DNA of 64,000 nt from NCBI RefSeq assembly GCF_964204645.1, contig NC_134029.1, forward strand, positions 11,868,850 to 11,932,849, read 5' to 3'. Both the position numbers and the translations under genes were made by a program. The notes below the pieces were generated by a model. That model saw only the letters and a program-made list of their open reading frames with translations, searched no databases and was not told the origin of the DNA. Position 1 is the stretch's first letter. The number at the start of each line of letters is the position of its first letter. Below are positions 53,950 through 64,000 of this stretch, one piece after another. Source of the stretch: Tubulanus polymorphus. Taxonomy: Eukaryota; Animalia; Nemertea.

Positions 53950-54010
53950 CTCCCCCGGCAGGGATTCGAACCTGATGGCATCGAGATTGCCACGGCACGA
54001 AACCCTGCCA
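53950..54010 (-). repeat. tRNA-derived SINE-like fragment (Pol III B-box)
   Basis: The - strand reads ...catcaGGTTCGAATCCctgccggggg; no A-box or full cloverleaf was found. Confidence 0.4.
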
Positions 54011-54011
54011 T

Positions 54012-54214
54012 AATCGACCGTGTGCGCAGATACATGCGCAGTTCAGATGATGTGATTTTTATCCAATCAGAAATCCCGTTTTATTTTAGCCCGGGTTTTC
54101 CCATTTATAGTTCTTCCTTGAAATTTGCCTCAACGATTATACAACGAGCAATCTGATTGGTGCCGCCAGTTTTCGTTCGGAAAGCTGCGCATGTACCTGC
54201 GCATTGGTCTACTT
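54012..54214. mobile_element. Imperfect foldback MITE
   Basis: tgcgcagatacatgcgcag mirrors ctgcgcatgtacctgcgca; ccaatcaga mirrors tctgattgg. Confidence 0.6.
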
Positions 54215-54672
54215 ATGTCGATACATAATATGACAAATAGTCATGCCAGATCTATTGCCAGATCTAGTAACTAGTGCATGTTTAACACCATGAGCGCCAT
54301 CTGCAACCAAATGAGAAAATTGCAAACTAGAGGTCGCACGCTCTGGCTCATGATTGGCTGAAATCGTCTGCTAGCCCGATGATTTATCAGTGATGAGCAT
54401 CCATTAGCTGACAAGGCATGTCTGGAGATCTAGATATCTAGCATAGTCTGACATTGCCAGACAACTTCCAATTTTGTCGGTTAGATGCGCGACTTTTCAT
54501 CAAAATCTTGTTGTCAACAAAAAATCGGCCACGTATGCCAGCCTGAACAAGAAGGCTAACCTCTGTCACTGAGGATCAAAAATATCATCCGAGTTTCTCC
54601 TCTGGTTTGATTTAATCAAATTCAAATTCAATGTTAAATGGTTAGGCCAAACATTTAGCAATTACAGAATAT

Positions 54673-55046
54673 AGCTTTGTTCACACTAAGATTTCAGTAT
54701 GGTACGAAGCGTTCACACTTGAAAATTATTCGAGGCCTATTCACGGCTTATTCAGTTCCGTACTGAAATACGCGGCTTATTAAGCACGGAATGTGATTCT
54801 GCAATGATATCCCGATCTCAGTACGGAAATGAGCTGACCGCGTATTTTCTGTAGTGTGAACGCAGATTCGGCGCTTAGCTAGCCGCGTATTTACATCCAT
54901 GTAGTACAATACACTCAACACTAATACCTCCCCCTCTATCGGCACACCGGGTGACTACTATACTGGGCTAAGCGCCATATTTTGGTGAATTTGTCACCAG
55001 CAAAGTACGTTTCTTCATAAGCGCTGTATCTAGTGTGAACGCGGCT
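54673..55046. mobile_element. Harbinger-like MITE related to family H2
   Basis: tat|agctttgttcacacta ... tagtgtgaacgcggct|tat; internal gttcacac/gtgtgaacgc repeats. Confidence 0.7.
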
Positions 55047-55963
55047 TATGCCAAAAGACTAGGCAGTTTTCCTGTTCTGAAAGCCTAAAATTGTTTTCCA
55101 ATAACATTTGACTGAATTTACCCTCAGCTAAAATCACTGAGGTGAAAATGCCATAGGTTTAAGTTCCAGAGGTAAAAATATACCATAGGTAAAAATGCCA
55201 GAAGGAATAGGCCTTTGCAGAAAATTAAGAATTCATTAACAATGGACACGATATTTCTATGCATATTAGTTGATATATGTACTGTAAGATTTAATTGTTT
55301 GTGAATGCACAGTTATTTATTTACTTCAACGCAGTCATTGCTTATCTTTTATGATAGATATGGTGTCCAACTCCAGTTAAAAAGTCAGAAATCGATATAA
55401 TGAAAGAATGCACAGTCAACATATTCATCGCTTATCATTTATGATGGACCAAAATCAAAGGTTTTGATGGAATCATACTGAGAAATTAGAAAAAGATTTT
55501 GACAAGCTAGTTTGTTGTAATTTGTAATATCTTATGGTCAAATTAATTGTTTATGAGAAGATTAGCCAAATTACAAAATGAAGTTTGTTGAAATCGAAAG
55601 TATTAATTAGATTAAAATTCTTTTTTCATTGTTAAAAAGATATTGAAAATTTATTCTCCTAAATTTTGCACTGGTCACCAGCTTCAATCATTAATTGGAT
55701 CAAAGCAAAACTATTTCTCTTCACCCATATATGGAATCATGATATATGTATGTATTTATTACGTTAGGTATATTCTAACCTCTCGCATTTTACTTCTCGT
55801 ATTTTTACCTATGGCAACCTCTGGCATAATTATTGCATACACCTCAGGTCAGGCATGCCTGGTTGTATAGGAGGTTCCCTTGTTGATGATAATGCGTGGG
55901 TATTGAAATATTTAAACAATTGTTGAGAAAGTAGTCCAGTGAATGTTCTCATTTATCTTTCAG

Positions 55964-56009
55964 AAATATGGTGTATAACATAAGTCTCATAACTTTACGA
56001 GAAAATAAG
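55964..56009 (+). CDS. Semaphorin coding exon 3 (46 nt)
   Basis: ttatctttcag|A AAT ATG...AAG|gtaagt; (R)NMVYNISLITLRENK completes the GARN.VYN.SL motif; phase 2 to 0. Confidence 0.9.
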
Positions 56010-59000
56010 GTAAGTAAGTTTGTTGTGTCTCTACTGAATTCAAAATCTGTCCACTCATTTTGATCAATGGTGTTTGAATTTTCAAGTCCATTAATAAGCG
56101 ATTCTTCACCATCACACATGGAACAAGAAAATTAATTTTAATAAATTATTTGATGCCTGGGAAAAAAATGTAAATTTTTTGGGATAAGCTGATGTGGGAT
56201 TGCAAATTTGAAATCAAAGTTTTAAGAAATTTGGGGAATTATGAGATTTGGTAATTGGGTAGGTGATACAGGTCTTCAATTGTAAATTGTGGTTTAATTT
56301 TTTTATTGAAAATTGTCAATAATGATAACTTGCGACCGACTTCATTCACTTTTGCCTCTTAGCTGGTCTGCAGCTTCATCAGGGCCGTACACTTTATGGG
56401 CCGATACGGATAAATTCTGAAGGCAGATTTTGGATGGCCACTGTACATTACATATAGGACAAGCCACCAAGGGCCCAACGACATAGGCCTTATTGTCGTT
56501 GATGGCGCGTGATTTTCATCAGCATGGACGGTAGCCTTGAATTAGAAGGGGTAATTACATAGAGCTGAAAATAAAGGCCAGACGACTATTGTATTGATTG
56601 AATTAGTGAATTGTCTACATTGGAATCGTTTCGAAAAAATAAATATGCACATATATTAGATTTGCGCGATTGTTGGAAAAAATGGCCAACGTATTTGCCT
56701 AGGAAAAAATCAGGCCAGGAAAAATGGCGAAGGAAAGAATGGTCATTTTTAGGCCAGCCGTATAACAAATGGAGTGAATTTAAATGACATGGTTTCCAGA
56801 GTAAAGGCTCTTTGACTGCAACTGAGCATATATTCATACAAATCATTCAATAGAGCATTATCCATTCTCCAACCCCTATGAAGCTGAATTTTGAAAGAGG
56901 GCCTCGTTAAAATTTATATTAGCTTTTTCGCGAAAATCTGATCGCAAAAATATCTGTTTTAAAAAGCCAATCAGAAAGTAAAGACTCCTATATAATTGGC
57001 TTAGCCGCAGGGATCAACAGGTGATCAGCAGGAAATTTTAAGATCTAAAATTGTATTTCAATATCGATTTCTGTGAAATCTTAAGTTGATTTGGTTTTTG
57101 GGTGGAATATTTTTGTTTGTACTACAGAAAATATCATTGATATTTGTGCAAAGTCCGGGAAAAATAGCTTTTTCTCAAATTGGATGGATGACCTTGATAT
57201 GCTAATCAGCCATGTGCTCAAACTGCAAATTCAATCAAATTTGAATTGTCACCTGATACACATGCCATCAGAGGACGCGGAGCCCTAGCATACGCTATGC
57301 TGTGTGTTCTCATGAAACCTGCAAAATTACCCCATCGAACATCGAACATATTTCGAAAACATTCGAATATTGAAATTAATATGTTTACACGTTTTTATAT
57401 TGACCGCTTGTAGCCACCGATAGAATTCACGCTGGCCCTACACGGATCGTAGATAGCTTTGTCATCCCACCAACATCCTATGTCGGGGTCTTACTTTTAT
57501 ATCAGACTCCCACATTGTGTATACATCCGCCATTTTGACCGAATAATCCAATTTACTTATCATTTCTATTTATGCCTGCCACTTATTACTATTACAATAT
57601 GTCTTCTCATGATATTCAATGCAATATAAAAGTACGACGTTCAAATAGGGCTCATTATATAATCACAGGAAGACATTCTACATCTTTGTCGATAATATTT
57701 TGCCAAATAACATGTGTACACATAGACCTGTGACGTTTTGCACATTGACTTACAGTTGTGATTTGTAAAATTACTATCTGTTATGGAACTTTTGGTAGCA
57801 GCATTGTATATCATGGCATGTTCAGTAAAGGCGTCTTATTGATGTTGTTCTTGTTGGATTGTCAGCTTTGCAAGCATATGAAAAGCGATCCATTTTAAAG
57901 CTTTTTGTCTTGAGTAGTAGTTTGTCTGAAGTGAAAAGACTGCTCGGTTTTTATCAGCTGTATTCCATTCCACGGATTCATATGAGCAAAGCTGCAGTGT
58001 ATTTAAAGACTTGTATTACACAGTGTTCATATATTCATTGATGTGTTGTGAAGAGTGGTGTCCAAAGCCGCGGCAACAATTTACTGAATGACGTCTTTTT
58101 TTCTTTGAATAACACGTTTTTTAAGAAATTAAGTTAATTCGCTGCAGTAATATTAAGAATCTATCATAAATTGGCATTTGTCCGCAGCAATAAACATTGC
58201 TTCCAACGCGCCTGGTGAAATAGTTCATATAACAACTAACTGTATAGCCATTCTGTTGTTTAACCTGGTAATCAGTAGGCATTGGTCTGAGTTGGGGAGT
58301 AAATTTTTGACTATACTTTTGTTTTTTTTTTGTTGTAATGAATATTCACTTCAATTTACAACCCCTTTTTAGGTTATTTCTATAGGTTATTTCTATATTA
58401 TGGTAACATGGAACTATTCCCTCAAGAATTTTGTGGTAATAAATGTAACTATCGGTTTTCCAGATATTTCCAATTATCCAATTACGAAACGAGGAACCCA
58501 CATCATGCGAGGGCTGATTATCTGCAGATAATGTTTTAGATTTGTCACATTGAATCTAGTTAAAATCCGAGACCTAAAAACTAAAAAAAAAACTGAAAAA
58601 TAATATCCAAGGATAATAACCATGGATAAGTATAGAAAAAGAGAACTGTGGCTTACTTAATTTGGGTAGCTCAGAAATTAATGGCATGTGATTTTTAGGC
58701 CAGCTGTAGGCTGAGCCTATTACTATTGGCCTATAAATGGTGCGAATTTAAATGACATTGTTTTCCATATGAAAGGCTTTTTCACTGTGCAACTGAGCAT
58801 ATTATCATACGAATCATGCATTCAAGCGTTATCCATTCTCATATTCCTAGGATATAAAACATTGCCCAGTTTTTGCCACATGCGTAAAAATTTAGGGTAC
58901 TCAACTTTCAATAATAATGATTCAAACATTTCGTGAGCTGGGCATAGAACAGCCTCTTTCAAGTGAAATTTTAAGATATCTTTCCTAGTAGTTCTTATTC

Positions 59001-60228
59001 TATGGTTATTTAACTGCAGCTATGAGTGTATTTAAGTATATGGGTGTTACTTTTTCATTTTCTCTATCGAAAATAGTTTTTCATTGTTGGTAAATATTAT
59101 TTATCGGTTCCTCTGAAAATATCATTACCGATTTTTCTATATGTTTATTGGCCGAGAAACCATACAGTAATGGCACACCTGTTTTTTGTCATGTTCCAAC
59201 TGATTCAAATTTCATATGAAAAGCCCTTGTGATCAGGTCATTAAAATCTTTTTTCTAGTGTTGATCGATAGGACCTATATTCATTATACAGACTAGCACG
59301 CCTGGTGTACGCACAGATCACAACTCTACCCTATATAACTCAATATTCCTGTCACACTCTCTTTGAAATCATTGTACTAATAGTTTTTGTCTTGTTGGGT
59401 TTCTTCACAGCACAGTACTGGCAATTTATTTTCAAAAGACCATTGATCTATTGATAATTTGATTTTTCTTCCCATTTAGAGGCGGCCATTCATTATAGCA
59501 TGTGTTTGCTTCTATAGAAAATTTTCAACACGCAGCTAGTCCAAAATATTAAAAGCCATTCTTTGAAACGTGAATTTTCAATTTGTGCATTCAGCCAAGC
59601 ATGATTTTTAAGACGAGCGTAAACCAGATCCCCTGTGGTTGATTTTCTATGTGTAAAAGTTAACAATTTGAACAAATGCCAAAATGACGTAATCTTCTTA
59701 TTTTTCCGATGACAAATCTGTTCTTGAATATGTAGATCGTAGCTGGCAAACATTGTCACCTTTTCTTGAAGCCATATATTGAATAAGTTTTGGGGAAACT
59801 TACAATCAGCTTTCTTTTGAACAATAAAAACAATAAAGCAATTATAAATAAAAAATTTGTAAATTACATTTTACTTCAACAATTATGATAAAACATAAAA
59901 AGGGGGAAAATGTATACACACGTGTGTATTTGTTTGATGATACAATCATTGTTAGCTTTGTTGCTGTTTGCTGGCTCTCGAAGATAGAAAAGTAAAAGTG
60001 ATGTGAGGATTTGTGTGTATTGATAATATTTCTACTACGTACCTTAGTACTATAGTACTATAGTACTGAAACAGGTGTCCTCATCAAGTACTGACAACAA
60101 ATGATAATAAACCCTTCAAATAATCAACAGCTTCTTTGAACGATACAGCATTGATGAACTGTTTAGTTATAAATAGATACCTATTCAGATATTCTAGATT
60201 TGTAAATGTTATGGACTTTGTTTTTCAG

Positions 60229-60291
60229 CGTTTAGAATGGAAACCAAGTCCTATCAAAGTTAATAAATGTGGCTACAAACGTAAGACAAAG
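60229..60291 (+). CDS. Semaphorin coding exon 4 (63 nt)
   Basis: ttgtttttcag|...AAG|gtaaga; RLEWKPSPIKVNKCGYKRKTK aligns without gaps to the Sema RL.W.........C..KGK segment; phase 0 to 0. Confidence 0.88.
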
Positions 60292-60540
60292 GTAAGATAT
60301 TGATCAATATTGAATTAGATGCATGTAAGTACGTGTAGTTTGTGTAATAATATAGATTTTTCATGCAAAGAAAATGACAAAAATATACGATAATGATAAA
60401 ACGAGTGATTGGAGAATAGTAATAAAGATAATTGTGAAATGATAATAGTAGCAATGATAAAAATGTTACAATGATAATAAATAGACAATTTGAGTCTTTT
60501 GAGGTATTTTGACCTATAAATAGACAATTTGAGGTATTTT

Positions 60541-61640
60541 TAGCCCACTTGGGACTTTAGTCCCAGCGGGCTATTGCGTTCACTTTTCGTCCGTCATCCG
60601 TCCGTAGGCGGAATCCAGTTATTTTGGGAAGTTTTGAAGACGCTTCAATGTAATGTCTTTATATTTGGGTTACTCATGTATCTAGCCAAGACACATCTTC
60701 AGCCCAAAAACTGGCCCTGTCATTATCAATGTGGCCGACTGGCAGCCATTGTAGTTTGCCAAAATCAGCACTTTTTACACATATTTCAAGTTCTTGAGGG
60801 AAATTTTGAAGACGCTTTGATCAATTATCTTGATCATTCATATGTATTTGTATCCCCCAAGGGCTCATCCGTATAAGAAAAATTGGGTGGATCGGACTCA
60901 AGATGGCCGTCCTGTGACTTTTTTGTGCACAAAAATGTCTATTTTGGCCTGAATTCTGAGTCCTGTAGCTTCCTACTGGTTTTCCATTTTTCATTGAAAT
61001 TTGTGGTGGCTATTCTATGGAAAGGGTCTTCATTACCTGACACAAGTATTTGTGATCAGCCAATTATCACGCAATTGGTGGCCACCTTGGTGTCATCAGT
61101 ACTCATTCGTAGGTGGGAAAAAGTTTTTTCCACATTACATTGATACCTAAGCATATTTTGTAACTACAATCAAATGAAAAGTTGAAGCTCATGACATGGT
61201 CTATGATTGTGGTGAGTTTCAAGGTCATTAGTTATTCTATATGGTCACCAGGGGTCATTGAATAGTCGAATAACTTTGTATTTCCTTATTATATTGGTAC
61301 GTAGGCATATTTTGTTACCATTATGACATGGTCTATGATTGTGGTGAGTCTCAAGGTCATTGGGTTCCGCATATGGTCACCAGGGGGCGTTGAATAGTAG
61401 AATAACTTGGTATTTCCATATTGTATTGGTACGTAGGCATATATTGTTATCACAATCAATTGCAAAATCATAGCTGCTGAGATGTTCTATGATTGTGGTG
61501 AGTTTCAAGGTTATTAGTTTTAACTTAGTTTAAGCTTAGTTTTTGTACATGGTCACCAGGGGCGTTGAATATTGAAATTGTTTGATTGTTGAGCATTTGA
61601 AAGCACTTTCCAAGTGGGCATGGTGTCCCTGGACCCCTAG
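60541..61640 (+). mobile_element. Full-length HINE-like family A copy with internal tandem monomers
   Basis: tttt|tagcccacttgggactttagtcccagcgggcta ... caagtgggcatggtgtccctggacccctag|ttttt; atggtcaccagggg monomers at ~61241, ~61373 and ~61549. Confidence 0.9.
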
Positions 61641-63019
61641 TTTTTCTGATCGTCTCTTTAAGTCTTGAATGCTGTTGATGTTTGACATGATCTTAAGGTT
61701 CATTACATATTTTCATCTTGTCTAAACAAGCCGAACAGTGAGATCTCTGTTTGCTTCATCGCTTCATATTTGTTCAGTTGAATTTAAATTGACATTTGAA
61801 ATTTGCTGATCCGCAGCTGATTCTGAGAATATTGACACGTGCAAAACAGCAGTGTGGACTTTGCTTTCAAAAGACTAGATATCTCGTCTTGAGAAGGAAA
61901 ATATAATACTGGTGTCAAAATGTAATGTTTTATTGGGCTTCCAAGAAATTCAGCTTTTTAATAACCAGTATTTTTAGTACTGTTGCATCCCACTGACTAG
62001 TAGAATGAAAATTCTGGAAATGTCCAGCTGTGAATTATCGCGTGCCAATTGTCTATGATAACTTCAATTTGAATTCCTCTTTTGGAGTTACAAAAAGGTT
62101 CTTCAATCACATCACAGATGATTGACCGTTATCAGAGAAATTTCCCTCACTACCTCAAGCTGGTTTCTTGAAATAGAATAGATGTTACGAAGATAAGGAA
62201 GTCCTGACTGGCGAAAGCTTATTCCTTTTTTCTTAAGATCTATATAATCAGTCATCATCTTTGATAGCAGCACATCAAAGTTCATCAGAGACCCTCACTG
62301 AAATGTGCTATTTGTGTTGATGTGAGACATCAGAAATGACTCTCGCTTTGATTTTGCAAGAAGTCGTCGAATTTGGAATTTTTCAATTGATCTTCTAACA
62401 AGACGTGATTTGCCGAGTCTTTGTGCGCTTGTTATACTGCAAATTTCAGAGATGATGATTCAAATTGCCATAGTTAGGGATATCCTCTGGAAAAAAGCAA
62501 TTAACTATGTGAAAACAGACATTGTAAACAATGAACAGGTGTCTATGAACTCACTGACCATACAACTAATGGACCAGGCACAGCATCAATAGATTTCTGA
62601 TAAATCCCAAATGGGTCAGTAAGTGCAGGTTCACAGCAATGTGATGCTTGAAAGATACCTTCCAACTTAATGATAAGGGCCGCTGTGATGATGACTTACT
62701 ACTCTTCGCTTGGTTTCCTTCAATATCTTGTAAAGTGCAATAGCGTGTAGTTATCAATGTGTCGTTTGCGATTTGATAAATATTGTGCGTGATGTGCATG
62801 ATAAATTCGGCTTCTATATCATTCCAAACAGATTAACTTTCTAAAGTAAATTACGGTGTAATTAGAGGAGTAAGATAGTTAAACTATAGAACGTATTGAT
62901 TTGCAGAAAATCTTGCTTAAATACTAAAGCCTGAATAACCCAGAGCTGCTACTTTGTGAAAACAGAGGGTCACGTTGTCATTGAGTCATATCTTATACGT
63001 TTGTATTGTATATTTACAG

Positions 63020-63130
63020 GTGGAATGTCAGAATTATATACGAGTTATAACATTACCAGAACCTGGAAGGTTGTTCGTCTGTGGAACGAACGCTTTCGAT
63101 CCAAAATGCCGCCAGTATTTAGATATTTCA
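63020..63130 (+). CDS. Semaphorin coding exon 5 (Sema domain)
   Basis: tatttacag|VECQNYIRVITLPEPGRLFVCGTNAFDPKCRQYLDIS|gtaagt; contains the hallmark CxNYIR and LFVCGTNAFxPxC motifs; 111 nt, phase 0. Confidence 0.96.
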
Positions 63131-64000
63131 GTAAGTGAATGTAAATACCTGGTACTGTATATACATAGATGATTTCATAATGAGAGGATTTGAAACTTTG
63201 AAAAAACTCCTTTTTTAGATTCATTCTATTTATAAGTATTCCATTCCACCATTATATAGTTTGTAAGGGGTCAGTACCAGTGATGGGCAAGGATTGGGTT
63301 CAATCCATTCAAGTTCCTATATAGCATCATACTGGAAAAACAACTTCGCTTATTTAATATTTGGATTATACATGTATCTCCTTAGACACATTGGCAAGGC
63401 TAAACTGGCTTGGTCACAATCAAGATGGTTACCTGGTGACCATTGTTATTCGCCGAAATCAGCTCTTTGATTGATTTTTCAGATGGGTTTTTCATTCAGC
63501 CAATTGTCATGCAATTGAGGGCCATCTTAAGTGTCACCAGTCCTCATTCATAAATGGAAAAATCAGACAAAGGAAAATATCAATATCAGGTTTCAACTTA
63601 TAGCCTTGATATGTGATAATGATTAGCACTGTCATAGGGTACATCTCTTCACATAGAATAAGGATCACCCAGTTTTATTTTCTCACCACCAGAGGAATTG
63701 AATATCGAATTATGTACAATTTTCTATAGCAGGCCTATTGCTATACAAATGGCGTGAACTTATATGCTATAGTTTTCGGATGAAAGCTTTCCCTGTGCAA
63801 CAGAGCATATATTCCTACATATCATGCACAAAAGTATTATCCGTTGTACAATTCTTACGGAACAGAATGAAAAAAGGCCTCTTAAATTTATAGGTCTATG
63901 GGGTCGTGAAAATTTGAACATACAAATATCAATTTCATAAAGCCTATCAAAGAGCAGTCTGATTTCACCTTTGGGAAGTTACAAGACCTGTAGCTCAATA

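Noticed and set aside
53950-54010. tRNA gene
   Set aside because: Only a B-box/T-arm-like motif is present; no acceptor stem, D-arm or anticodon arm could be built.
60574-61143. ORFs of 86-100 aa, similar to those at 7532, 7698 and 24056
   Set aside because: They are translations of non-coding HINE-like repeat sequence, with frames not conserved between copies.
62410-62592. Possible alternative semaphorin exon
   Set aside because: No Sema motif; exons 60229-60291 and 63020-63130 already join without a gap.

Overview
AT-rich, intron-rich animal (invertebrate-like) genomic DNA. No prokaryotic features, CRISPR arrays, rRNA or complete tRNA genes were seen. Two spliced protein-coding genes are arranged head-to-head. 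(1) GOLPH3 lies on the - strand, with coding exons at 11305-11105 and 5060-4814; the next exon is off the left edge. (2) A Semaphorin-1a/class-6-like gene lies on the + strand, with a probable non-coding first exon near 14.4-14.65 kb and five coding exons (39729-39870, 45940-46039, 55964-56009, 60229-60291, 63020-63130). These splice in frame into a signal peptide plus the N-terminal Sema domain, and the gene continues off the right edge. Most ORFs in the supplied track are spurious. The introns are densely populated by non-autonomous transposons: Helentron/HINE-like elements carrying ~150-bp tandem arrays (one inserted inside another copy of itself), PIF/Harbinger derivatives retaining Myb/SANT-MADF gene remnants, a piggyBac MITE, foldback MITEs, two triple-nested stacks and a decayed hAT transposase. 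I found no clearly new biological system. The best leads are a motif-laden foldback element just inside GOLPH3 intron 1, a KGK->KRK change in the semaphorin, the GOLPH3-semaphorin linkage and the nested TE architecture. All alignments and family assignments were made by eye and from memory of the families.
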